A DNA stretch of 64,000 nt from Patescibacteria group bacterium (GTDB lineage Bacteria; Patescibacteriota; Microgenomatia; UBA10105; UBA927), in contig DATKGN010000002.1 in the NCBI GenBank assembly GCA_035510735.1, positions 125,118 through 189,117 on the forward strand, in the 5' to 3' direction. Below are positions 39,594 through 50,885 of this stretch, one piece after another (the first letter of the stretch is position 1; the number at the start of each line of letters is the position of its first letter). A program made the translations under genes and the position numbers. The notes beneath the pieces were generated by a model. That model did not search any database and was not told the origin of the DNA. It saw only the letters and a program-made list of their open reading frames with translations.

Positions 39594-40301
39594 TCAGGCT
39601 ATTGAAAAGAGGGATAAGACCGAAGGATCCATGAGAGAATTCACGATAAGGTCAGGGTTTTCCTTAGCGAGTTCATTAGGGCTTCCGTGCATGCCCGTCG
39701 TGACGGCGATCGTGAAAGCGCCGATAGCCTTGCCGCAGCGGATATCAAATACGGTGTCGCCGATTATTACAACCTCGCCGGGCGCGAGATCCAATCCGAA
39801 TTGTTTCTTCGCTTTCGCAAACACCTGACCCGCGAGCTCAATACGGTCATCGGCTTCATCTCCATAGAGACCGAATGAAAAATACTTGGAAATTCCCGTA
39901 TGGGATAACTTCCAATCTGCAATTTTCCTCGCATTACCGGTCAAAATCCCGCGAATAACACCCGGGTGATTCTTTTTCAGGAATTGTACAAAAGCGACGG
40001 CATCGGGAATAATTTTAAATAATTTCACGTTCTTTCCCCACTGCGTCAACAATCCGTGCATGACGTTGACGTAATCAGGAAATTTTTTCAGGAATTCCTC
40101 ACGGCTTATCTTTCCCGCTTCTTTTACAAGTTCCCACGCGAGGAGCCGCTCCACCGTCCCGTTATACTGCATCACATTATATGTGCCGGTGATGCCGTAG
40201 ACTTTCCGTAACCCCTCATAATACTGCTCTTCCCATTTACGGATACCGACATGGTACACGAGCGTGCCGTCTATATCAAATAACACTATTTTTTTATTCA
40301 T
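39594..40301 (-). CDS. HAD-family hydrolase (phosphatase)
   Basis: LFDIDGTL motif I; start trimmed to MNKKIVLFDIDGT. Confidence 0.7.
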   Translation of the reverse strand: MNKKIVLFDIDGTLVYHVGIRKWEEQYYEGLRKVYGITGTYNVMQYNGTVERLLAWELVKEAGKISREEFLKKFPDYVNVMHGLLTQWGKNVKLFKIIPDAVAFVQFLKKNHPGVIRGILTGNARKIADWKLSHTGISKYFSFGLYGDEADDRIELAGQVFAKAKKQFGLDLAPGEVVIIGDTVFDIRCGKAIGAFTIAVTTGMHGSPNELAKENPDLIVNSLMDPSVLSLFSIA

Positions 40302-40489
40302 GGTAATGCTTTTCAATGAGCGCGTGAAATACGTTTTTTTAGACAACTGCACGTTTGCCCGCATTATTGTGAATCATATCCCGAATATGCAAACGTGCAT
40401 TTAGTGAAATATGGAAATGCCTCATGATCTGTTATGACTGATGAACGGGTCTAAAAAATGTATTTCGCACGCTCCCCACACCCAAGGCA

Positions 40490-41693
40490 CTATTTATTAT
40501 ATTCGGTGAGGGCTTTTGAGAGAAGCTCGACACTTCGTTTCAATGCTTTTGTGTTTAGGACGTATGCGATGCGCACTTCATTTTTCCCAAGTCCGCGGGT
40601 GGCATAGAAGCCGGCAGCGGGAGCGACCATCACCGTCTCGTTGTTGTCCCGGAAATCCGTAAGAAGCCACTTAGCAAAGTCTTCGGAATCACTTATGGGA
40701 AGTCCGACAATAGAATAAAATGCCCCTTCGGGTTTCGGAATCGTCACGCCGGGAATCTTTTTTAATCCTTCGTACAGCACATCGCGCCGCTTGGCCCATT
40801 CCTCATGCGTTTGATGAAGCCAGCTCTCAGGAACTTCCGTAAGTTTTGCCGCAATCATCTGGTCGACAATTCCGCTTGAAAGCCTCCCCTGCCCGATCCG
40901 AAGAACCCCGGCCATAACGTCGGCGTTGAGTGATACGAGTACGCCGAGTCTGACGCCGCACAAATTATAGCGTTTGGACATACTATCAAGCATAATGGCC
41001 TGATCGGGAATTTCCTGCATATAGGACAAAAGCGAGGTTTGCATGCGGCCGTCATACGTATATTCGCGGTAGACTTCATCAACCAGCATAAATAATCCGT
41101 GTTTTTTGGCGAGCCCGACAAGCATATCCATCTCCGCCTTTGTAAATACCGTGCCCGTAGGATTATTGGGTGAACAGATGAGAATTGCTTTCGTTCTCTT
41201 AGAAATATGCTTTTCTATAACGGATTTTTCTGGCAAGTGAAATCCGTTTTCAATCGATGTTCTCACTGGCACCAATTTCACCCCGTTGACAACCGCATAC
41301 GTGTTGTAATTTGCGTAAAACGGCTCAAAGACGATAACCTCATCGTCGGGTTCACTAATGGCAAAGAGCGCCATGGATATGGCCTCTGATCCGCCGCTTG
41401 TGACCTGAATATTCGGGATATCGATGAAGCCGTAACCTAAGCGGTTGTAATAAATTTTTAATGCTTCCAAAAACTCCGGCTGCCCCTGCGACTGGCTGTA
41501 ACCGATGGGATCAATGTTCCAGTTTTTAAGGACGTCCATCATGACGCCCGGTGTTTTAATATCCGGATCCCCGATGTTGAGATGATAGACGTGAACGCCG
41601 GCTTTTTTCGCAGCCATTGCGAATGGAACGAGTTTTCTGATCGGGGACGCCGGAACATTGAGAAGTCTTTTTGATACCGTTACCATAGTGTAT

Positions 41694-41713
<20 letters not shown>
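40490..41713 (-). CDS. class I/II PLP-dependent aminotransferase
   Basis: 407 aa, SMSKRYNLCGVRLG PLP-lysine region. Confidence 0.85.
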
Positions 41714-43804
<2,091 letters not shown>

Positions 43805-44356
43805 CTACACAAGAGGCAGGTACATAACTATTTGGCCAATATAGCTTCCTTTAAATAATATCGCTTCCGGTATAACACCCGTCTTCTTAAACCCGAGTGA
43901 CTCGTAGAGATGCAATCCGCAAACATTATTTTCAAAACAATGAAGCATAAGTAATCGTAATCCTAATTTTTTTGACTCGTCTATTAGAGTTTGAAATAAC
44001 ACTTTTCCTATACCCTCGCCTCTGTATTCTCCGGCAATAGAAATCCCCGGAATTCCGACGTGATGACTTCGGTATTTTTCTCTCGCAATACCTGCCATGC
44101 CGCAAACAGTTTTGTTAATTTCAACAATAATGGAAATCTCTTCATCCTTTTCTATATTCTTCAACCTATCATTTAAAAACGTCATTTCTTCGCGCCTAGT
44201 AATTGGTTTGCCGCTTATAAGGACGTACGTGTCTTCTGCGATAAGGTTATTGGCATAGGCAAGGATTTGATCAATGTCATCATGCATAGGAGTGCGCATA
44301 GTAATGACATTTCCCTTTTTACTTGTAAAAGTCTTAATGATTTCACCGGGTTTCAT
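43805..44356 (-). CDS. GNAT family N-acetyltransferase
   Basis: 183 aa, acetyl-CoA-binding RGEGIGKVLFQ. Confidence 0.7.
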   Translation of the reverse strand: MKPGEIIKTFTSKKGNVITMRTPMHDDIDQILAYANNLIAEDTYVLISGKPITRREEMTFLNDRLKNIEKDEEISIIVEINKTVCGMAGIAREKYRSHHVGIPGISIAGEYRGEGIGKVLFQTLIDESKKLGLRLLMLHCFENNVCGLHLYESLGFKKTGVIPEAILFKGSYIGQIVMYLPLV

Positions 44357-44455
44357 GGGTTACATTCAGTAATTATTATAACAGTCAAGGAACTCGAACC
44401 CCTCGCCCTTTATAATACCAGTACTCACACGTATCTGCTATAATTCTTTATAATT

Positions 44456-45403
44456 ATGCCGGAAGAAAATATACAATCACAAAAACTTGTTGCAGAGCAT
44501 GAAATAGCCGGTAAAAAACTGGACGAGCTAAAAAGAAATGGAGTTGCCCTTCTCGGTGCAGATTTCGACGGTACTGTATTTGATAGAACTGACCCACGGT
44601 ATAATCTTCAACAAGTTATCCAATTAGCTTATGATGTAACCAGTAAAAAAGCGGACTTTGCCTTAATTTCTGCCCGAAATACAACATTAGAACTCACGTT
44701 AAGACAGGAGGTAGTACAGTTTTGCAGAAAAAGAAATACCTCATTCTCCCTATGGAGATCAGGAGGAAATGGAATGAATTTAAGTAAGGTCACAAGTAGT
44801 CCTGAAGGAGTAAAAGTAGAACCCATCTACTCTCATTATTTGACTCTGGAGGATGCACAAAAGTCCCTGGAAGCTTACAGATCCTTGCATATCGACCCTG
44901 ATGTCCCATCACAAAAATTCTTTCAAACCTTTCTACAACAGGATATACCGGAAGACCTCGTACCAAAAAACTTTCTGGCATTAGCAAAACCATATGATGG
45001 TTTAGTTTTCGGGGAAGCCGTTAAAATCTCCTTTGTGTTACCTACCGCAATTAAGGACCAGGAAACATGCATCGAGTCTCTTAGAAAATCCCTTGAGCCG
45101 CATGGTTTAGTTGTTGGTTGGGCGAGAATGCCGTTTGCTGACATTAGCAAACAATCCGTCGTAGACGGGAAGTTATTCGCAATTCAACGTGTAATGGAAC
45201 AATTAGGAGTAGATGGTTCACACGTTGGTACATTTGGTGACGCCCCTAACGATAGTGATAAAGGATTAGTATGTCTTCCATACGGATTTACAAATCATCA
45301 AGAAGTTGAAAAAACCGATATCAATAGCCCGCCTTTTATACTTGACGTTAAAGATTCACCCGTCGGGACGGTTCATCAGGCTATACAGTTTCTGATACAA
45401 TGA
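44456..45403 (+). CDS. HAD-IIB-like phosphatase
   Basis: GADFDGTV motif I and GDAPNDSD motif IV. Confidence 0.5.
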   Translation: MPEENIQSQKLVAEHEIAGKKLDELKRNGVALLGADFDGTVFDRTDPRYNLQQVIQLAYDVTSKKADFALISARNTTLELTLRQEVVQFCRKRNTSFSLWRSGGNGMNLSKVTSSPEGVKVEPIYSHYLTLEDAQKSLEAYRSLHIDPDVPSQKFFQTFLQQDIPEDLVPKNFLALAKPYDGLVFGEAVKISFVLPTAIKDQETCIESLRKSLEPHGLVVGWARMPFADISKQSVVDGKLFAIQRVMEQLGVDGSHVGTFGDAPNDSDKGLVCLPYGFTNHQEVEKTDINSPPFILDVKDSPVGTVHQAIQFLIQ

Positions 45404-45407
45404 ATTC

Positions 45408-45761
45408 ATGAAGAAACTCACCGCACAGGATGCATACACGAATAACACTGAAGCACAGGATGCTTGGTATTATCAGCTTCCTGAGATAAATGGCGGTACA
45501 TCAGTCATTTACTCGGAGGTTACAGGGGACCACGGTCAGAGAGTCATTGGTCCACATCCTCGTATTTACTATATATTTGAGGGAGAGGGAGAATTTACAA
45601 TAAATGGAGAAACGACTATCGGGAAACCAAAAGATGTCATTGTTATTCCCCCGCTTGCCACCTATACCTATCATGCGACCAAACCCGTGCTCAAACTTCT
45701 GCTCGTTATGGATTTAATTGATCTGACCAAACTCCCTCCAAAAAAACCAGTCAAGAAATAA
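45408..45761 (+). CDS. cupin-domain protein
   Basis: 117 aa, small beta-barrel pattern YYIFEGEGEFTINGE. Confidence 0.45.
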   Translation: MKKLTAQDAYTNNTEAQDAWYYQLPEINGGTSVIYSEVTGDHGQRVIGPHPRIYYIFEGEGEFTINGETTIGKPKDVIVIPPLATYTYHATKPVLKLLLVMDLIDLTKLPPKKPVKK

Positions 45762-45769
45762 AGAAGACT

Positions 45770-46720
45770 TTACAGCTTTATCGTCGTTCCGAAATTCTCT
45801 TTATACCGTGCGATAAATTCTTTTTTTGTAAAATCATGAGTTTGCGTGCCGTATTTCTCGACCGTATAGACAGCGGCTACCGATCCCATCTGTCCGCACA
45901 CGGGAAGATCATACCCCCGTAAGTAACCGGCAACAAATCCTGCGCGATACGCGTCCCCGGCGCCGGTCGGGTCACTGATATTTTTTGGCGTTGCGGGTTT
46001 AATATGCATAGCATCATGGCGTGTCTCAATGATTGATCCTTTGGCTCCGAGCGTCGTCACAAGCACCGGCACCAAAAGGATAAGTTCCTCGTGACTGATT
46101 CCTATCTTTTCCTCAATAAGGGCGATTTCATAATCATTGCCGATAAGGATCTTTGCGTGTTCAATGCCGCGCTTCAATTCATCGGCAGAAAAATTGGCGA
46201 CTTGAAATGCCGGATCGTACATGTAGGGAAAGTTTTTCTGTGCGCATTCGAGGACGTATGTATTCATGGCTGAGGGTTCCGTCGCCGACAGGACAACGAA
46301 GGATTGCTTCGGCACTTTGGATATTGTCAGGTTTTTTGCAAACTTTGTAGCTCCTAAATAAAACGAACCGATCTGATTATCATCGCTATCCGTCATAACG
46401 AAATACGAGCTGGTTGAGACGTGATTGTGGAGGGAAATATATTTCGTTGATATCTTATGCTTCTTCAAGTGACGCTCATACAACTCGAAGTCTTTCCGGC
46501 CCGCAGGCGCTAGAACCCATGGCACGACTCCTAATATATTGAGCGTATAGGCAATGTTGCCTGCGGTACCGCCGAATTGTTTATGGAGGCGGTCGACAAG
46601 AAAACTCAGCGAAAGGCTATGGATTTTATCCGCCATGATGCGGTCTCCAAACCGGCCGCTGAAATCCATGATGTAATCGAAGCTGATCGTTCCGGTGACA
46701 ACGACGTGAATGGGCGGCAT
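45770..46720 (-). CDS. PfkB-family carbohydrate/nucleoside kinase
   Basis: DPTGAGDAYRAGFVAGYLRG signature; start trimmed to MPPIHVV. Confidence 0.8.
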   Translation of the reverse strand: MPPIHVVVTGTISFDYIMDFSGRFGDRIMADKIHSLSLSFLVDRLHKQFGGTAGNIAYTLNILGVVPWVLAPAGRKDFELYERHLKKHKISTKYISLHNHVSTSSYFVMTDSDDNQIGSFYLGATKFAKNLTISKVPKQSFVVLSATEPSAMNTYVLECAQKNFPYMYDPAFQVANFSADELKRGIEHAKILIGNDYEIALIEEKIGISHEELILLVPVLVTTLGAKGSIIETRHDAMHIKPATPKNISDPTGAGDAYRAGFVAGYLRGYDLPVCGQMGSVAAVYTVEKYGTQTHDFTKKEFIARYKENFGTTIKL

Positions 46721-46721
46721 G

Positions 46722-46988
46722 TTACTGTCCCATCGACTTTGAAAGTTCGGCAAGCTTGCCTGCGGCAGCTTGTTGCGAACGTTTGATAGCATCGTTAATT
46801 GCCTTAACCATATCCGGCTGATACACGCCGTCTACCTCAACGGTTTTGACGTTCTGATTGCCGGTAATGACAATACGGACATTCCCCGTAATGACCTCAA
46901 ATTCTTCTTTCTCAAGCGCCTGCTGGATTGCCATCGCCTGTTTCCGCATGGCATTCATGTCGCCTAATGCCTTAAATGGATTCATCAT
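46722..46988 (-). CDS. ybaB: nucleoid-associated protein YbaB/EbfC
   Basis: 88 aa, MRKQAMAIQQALE...VEVDGVYQP pattern; lies next to dnaX. Confidence 0.85.
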   Translation of the reverse strand: MMNPFKALGDMNAMRKQAMAIQQALEKEEFEVITGNVRIVITGNQNVKTVEVDGVYQPDMVKAINDAIKRSQQAAAGKLAELSKSMGQ

Positions 46989-47112
46989 ATAACCCCTTTC
47001 TTTTTAAATCCAAAATCCAAATTTCTAAATCCAAAATACTATCAAATGTCTCAAATTTCAATTTTCAAAACATTTTGAATTTATTTTGATTTTTGGATTT
47101 TGTGCTTAAATA

Positions 47113-48543
47113 TTACTTTTTACCTAATACTACATCCACCTTCACCTTTTCCCCGAATAATTTATTCAGAACGTTCCCTATCACTTCCCTGGTCTTCACT
47201 TCCGATAATTTATCCTTATGAAATGTATAAAACGCCTCGATAGTCACTATACCACCTGCGACGGACTTCGGTCTAGTGGAACGCATTACGCCTGCGACCG
47301 AATGATTAAACGGCTTAAGTTCCGCTATCACATCGCCCCAATGGTCCGTGAGCTTCTCAAGCGTGAGCAATCCCGTGGACTCTTCACCTGCCGGTTGTAC
47401 CGCAACGCGTACACTCTTCTCTATAGTCGGCGCGATGCCAACAGTTGACCCGAAAGTTTTGAAAGAAACAGAGTCAGTCACCCCTTCATTTTTTGATACA
47501 GTCCCGGTTTGTCTCTTTTCCATGTCGCAATATTCGACGACCGCAAGTTCAAGAGGAAGCTCAGAAATCGGCGCCCCTTTTATCTCCGTATATGCCTGTG
47601 AAAGTTTGTGAATGATCTGCGTCAAATCTTCCCGCGTCCAGCCGCCGGGCGAGCTCCCCCGAACTTGTGCAATAAGAGTTTTTTCAAGCGAAGACAGGCA
47701 ATCAACGACAAACATCTTGATATCTTTCCCTTCTTTTGCCAACTGTTGTATAACCACAAGCGATTCTGTTGTTTTTTTTGCGCGAAGAGACGTAAGGAAT
47801 AATTCTTTTATTTTCTCCTCACTTAAGGCAAGTATTGACCGGACTACTTCGGCATTGATTTTCCCCTTATGAAAACTCACCTGTTCGAGATATTTAACCG
47901 CATCCCGGAATGCTCCGTCGACACTGCTCGCGATGATCGTCAACGCTTCATCATCAATCTGAATTTTTTCCTTCACTACAATTCGTTTGAGCGCGTTGGT
48001 AAGCTCTTCAGTTGATGCTTTCGAAAAAACGAAAGAAACACAGCGTGATTTTATCGTCACCGGTACTTTCTGGGAATCGGTCGTTGCGAGCACAAATACG
48101 GCGTGGGCGGGCGGCTCCTCAAGCGTTTTAAGAAGCGCATTAAACGCTTCAGTCGTCAACATGTGTACTTCGTCGATAATGTAAATTTTATACGCGCCTG
48201 AGGACGGCGTCAGATTAATTCCGTCGCGAAGCGTTCTCATTTCATCAATCCCTCGGTTACTTGCAGCATCGATCTCAAGAATATCCAAATCCCGGCCCTC
48301 AGAGATGGAAACGCATGCCTCACACAAACCGCAGGGGCCCGACTTCGTGGGTTTCTGGCAATTAAATAATTTTGCTATAATCCGTGCGGCCGTTGTTTTT
48401 CCGGCGCCTCTGGGGCCACTGAAAAGAAACGCGTGAGGCAGATCTTTTTTGGGTTTTTCAAGAAGCCGAAGGAGGGCGTCCCGCACGGAAACATTATCGA
48501 TTTCATCGATAACCTGCGGACGATAAATACGATAGAACGACAT
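47113..48543 (-). CDS. dnaX: DNA polymerase III subunit gamma/tau
   Basis: GPRGAGKTTAARIIAK Walker A, CGLCEAC zinc module, DEVHML. Confidence 0.9.
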   Translation of the reverse strand: MSFYRIYRPQVIDEIDNVSVRDALLRLLEKPKKDLPHAFLFSGPRGAGKTTAARIIAKLFNCQKPTKSGPCGLCEACVSISEGRDLDILEIDAASNRGIDEMRTLRDGINLTPSSGAYKIYIIDEVHMLTTEAFNALLKTLEEPPAHAVFVLATTDSQKVPVTIKSRCVSFVFSKASTEELTNALKRIVVKEKIQIDDEALTIIASSVDGAFRDAVKYLEQVSFHKGKINAEVVRSILALSEEKIKELFLTSLRAKKTTESLVVIQQLAKEGKDIKMFVVDCLSSLEKTLIAQVRGSSPGGWTREDLTQIIHKLSQAYTEIKGAPISELPLELAVVEYCDMEKRQTGTVSKNEGVTDSVSFKTFGSTVGIAPTIEKSVRVAVQPAGEESTGLLTLEKLTDHWGDVIAELKPFNHSVAGVMRSTRPKSVAGGIVTIEAFYTFHKDKLSEVKTREVIGNVLNKLFGEKVKVDVVLGKK

Positions 48544-48553
48544 AATATTGTTG

Positions 48554-48637
48554 TGTCATTGCGAGTCCGTTCAAACGGCGAAGCAATCTTTTTTGTTAAA
48601 GATTGCCGCGCCTCGAAGACTCGGCTCGCAATGACAA
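48554..48637. repeat. nested palindromic intergenic repeat, copy B
   Basis: TGTCATTGCGAGTCCGTTCAAACGGCGAAGCAATCTTTTTTGTTAAAGATTGC...CTCGCAATGACA between the ybeY stop and the dnaX start; collinear with copy A. Confidence 0.7.
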
Positions 48638-48645
48638 GTGCATTT

Positions 48646-49050
48646 TCATTCCGGGTGGTGTATCCCCAATAAATGATTTAACCCGTGAAGCACCAAAAAT
48701 ACGATCTGATCATCGACCATTTTATTTTCCTCGGCGGCTTCAGAAACCGCCTGGGGAAATGAAACAATGATATCACCGAGCCGGAGTACGCCATCTGGAG
48801 TCTCAACAAATTGTGTCTCAGGTTTATCGCTCGGATCGTTGAGGGGAAATGAAAGCACATCAGTGGTGTCGTCGATATTTCTATACTGTTTATTAAGTCC
48901 GTGCATGCGACGGTCGCCGACGATGGTGACGCTAACCTCGGCCGGACCCTTTATTTTGCCCCCCAACTCGATGATGATGGAATCGATCACTTTTTTCCGG
49001 TCCACCGGAAAATGGGATTCTGTCTGGAATAACACGGTAATCATAAACAA
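48646..49050 (-). CDS. ybeY: rRNA maturation endoribonuclease YbeY
   Basis: HGLNHLLGIHH metal-binding motif; TTG start in the ORF track. Confidence 0.85.
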   Translation of the reverse strand: MFMITVLFQTESHFPVDRKKVIDSIIIELGGKIKGPAEVSVTIVGDRRMHGLNKQYRNIDDTTDVLSFPLNDPSDKPETQFVETPDGVLRLGDIIVSFPQAVSEAAEENKMVDDQIVFLVLHGLNHLLGIHHPE

Positions 49051-49073
49051 TTGAACAATACAACAATCCGGGA

Positions 49074-49538
49074 TTATTTGGAAGAGAGTAATTGCGTGAG
49101 CATCGCCGAAACCCGCCCGCCGTCCGCTTTGCCTTTGAGTTCACCCATTGCCATTTTCATAAGGAGTCCGAAATTCTTCTCCCCGCTTGCCGCAATAGGC
49201 GTAAGGATAGTCCTAAGTTCATCGTCTGACATCTCCTTCGGAGCAAATTCAGAAAGGATGGTGAGTTCATCCTTTTCTTTTTTGACAAGCTCCGCTCGGC
49301 CCGCATTCCCAAAAGCAGTGATGGATTCGTTATGCGCCTTTATTTGTTTTTTAACTCCGTCCGCGATATCTGCTTCCGTCAGCGACGTTTCCCATGCTGC
49401 TCCGTATTTGGCAATCGCAGCGTTGCGAATGGCGGCCATGAGCATCCGGAGCGTGCTCACCCGTTCAGCTTTCCCAGCCTTAAGGGAACTATTGAGATCC
49501 GCCTGTAGTTGAGCAATCGTCATATCTTTTCTTGTCAT
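49074..49538 (-). CDS. yqeY: GatB/YqeY domain protein
   Basis: 154 aa, characteristic all-helical sequence. Confidence 0.75.
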   Translation of the reverse strand: MTRKDMTIAQLQADLNSSLKAGKAERVSTLRMLMAAIRNAAIAKYGAAWETSLTEADIADGVKKQIKAHNESITAFGNAGRAELVKKEKDELTILSEFAPKEMSDDELRTILTPIAASGEKNFGLLMKMAMGELKGKADGGRVSAMLTQLLSSK

Positions 49539-49631
49539 TGCGAGGATCCCGAGCGTAGTCGAGGGAGACGCGGCAGTCCCATAAATTATTTAGAGATTGC
49601 TTCATCTCGCACACTCGATTCGCAATGACAA
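49533..49631. repeat. nested palindromic intergenic repeat, copy C (diverged)
   Basis: TGTCATTGCGAGG...CTCGATTCGCAATGACAA; its 5' arm overlaps the yqeY start codon (ATGACA); lies between the rpsU stop and yqeY. Confidence 0.65.
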
Positions 49632-49636
49632 CTGGG

Positions 49637-49825
49637 CTATCCTCTGTTTGGATGTCGAAGTCTGCGCGCTAGTTCGCGTTTTTTCTCCTTACGGACTTCC
49701 GCTGGCTTCTGATAAAATTCACGTTTCTTGAGATCCTGTAAAATTCCCTCGGCGAGAACTTTGCGGGTAAATTTTCGGATCAATGAATCGGATGAATCTC
49801 CTGGTTGTGCTTTAACAAATACCAT
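49637..49825 (-). CDS. rpsU: 30S ribosomal protein S21
   Basis: KAQPGDSSDSLIRKFTRKV... basic C-terminus; start chosen at ATG (MVFVKA) rather than the upstream GTG. Confidence 0.8.
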   Translation of the reverse strand: MVFVKAQPGDSSDSLIRKFTRKVLAEGILQDLKKREFYQKPAEVRKEKKRELARRLRHPNRG

Positions 49826-49842
49826 AAAAACAAACACCCCCT

Positions 49843-49960
49843 CTTAGAAACACTTAGCGAATATGAGTGAGCTTAGTGTTTCTTAGACCCGCCGATTACG
49901 CGCTCTTTGGGACGTGTACGAATAGTACTGAAAAGTCCCAAAGGAAGCGTAGGCGGGCTT
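49843..49960 (-). promoter_or_regulatory. structured rpsU 5' leader / HIT 3' region (two hairpins)
   Basis: A 17-bp imperfect hairpin TCTTAGAAACACTTAGC...GCTTAGTGTTTCTTAGA directly 5' of the GAGGGGG SD-like element, plus a nested stem (CCCGCC..CTTTGGGA-loop-TCCCAAAG..GGCGGG). Confidence 0.4.
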
Positions 49961-49986
49961 ACTTTCCTCCGTTATTATACCACGAT

Positions 49987-50319
49987 TTACAGATTTCGAT
50001 GTTTATCAATTGACCCTATGATATGGATGTGGACATGGCGTATTAATTCGGCTCCTCCGCCGTTATTCACGATGCGGTAGTTTTTTATCCCATGATCATG
50101 AATCATTTGTCCAACAACCTTCATCGACGTTGCAATTTCAGATGAGGAAAGTGCCGTAAAATCGGCTATATGAGCCTTCGGGATTACTAACAGATGGACG
50201 GGAGCCTGCGGGTGGATATCCTTTATGACAATTGTATCTGTGTCCTCAAATATGAGCGTCCGGGGTAGCTTCCCCGCTATAACGTCACAAAATACACATG
50301 TATCCGGCATATGAGCCAT
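49987..50319 (-). CDS. HIT-family protein
   Basis: Histidine triad HVHIHII. Confidence 0.8.
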   Translation of the reverse strand: MAHMPDTCVFCDVIAGKLPRTLIFEDTDTIVIKDIHPQAPVHLLVIPKAHIADFTALSSSEIATSMKVVGQMIHDHGIKNYRIVNNGGGAELIRHVHIHIIGSIDKHRNL

Positions 50320-50349
50320 GAACTATGAGCTATGAACCATGAACGAAAA

Positions 50350-50832
50350 TCATAATTTATAGCCGATCGTTCGCAAAAATTCTTTCCTCTTTTTTTCTTC
50401 TACTTTCGATTCCGTGCCTTTGGGCGTCCCGCCGTCAATAACACCCAAAACTCCCCTCCCTAGTTTTGTTTCAGCGACAATGACCTCCGTAGGATTTGCG
50501 GTCGCACAAAATATCGTGACGACCTCAGAAACATTTTTAATGGCAGAGAGAACATTAATCGGAAACGCATTTTCAAGGAAAATGAAAAATGTGTGCCCGG
50601 CGGCTACAGTGAGGGCATTTTTCGCGGCCAAATCAATCATCGCTTTATCCGTTCCGCTTGTTCGCACGAGCTGTGGGCCCGATGCTTCACAAAAAGCCAA
50701 TCCGAACTTAATGCCCGGAACACTTTCGGCCAAGGTCTCATGAAGATCTTCAACGGTTTTGATGAAATGTGACTGACCAAAAATAAAGTTTTTGGCCTCA
50801 GGATTGTGAACAGCAATATTTTTAATATCCAT
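50350..50832 (-). CDS. hypothetical protein; possibly adenosine-specific-kinase-like family
   Basis: ~160 aa; the assignment is a low-confidence recollection of family size and N-terminus only. Confidence 0.3.
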   Translation of the reverse strand: MDIKNIAVHNPEAKNFIFGQSHFIKTVEDLHETLAESVPGIKFGLAFCEASGPQLVRTSGTDKAMIDLAAKNALTVAAGHTFFIFLENAFPINVLSAIKNVSEVVTIFCATANPTEVIVAETKLGRGVLGVIDGGTPKGTESKVEEKKRKEFLRTIGYKL

Positions 50833-50885
50833 ACATTCCCTCCCTATAAACACTATCGTATTATCATGTTAACATGTTAATATAC

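Noticed and set aside
44375-44415. tRNA-like T-loop sequence (GGGGTTCGAGTTCC on the minus strand) in the GNAT/HAD intergenic region
   Set aside because: No matching acceptor stem, D-arm or anticodon arm could be assembled around it; at most a tRNA fragment or coincidence
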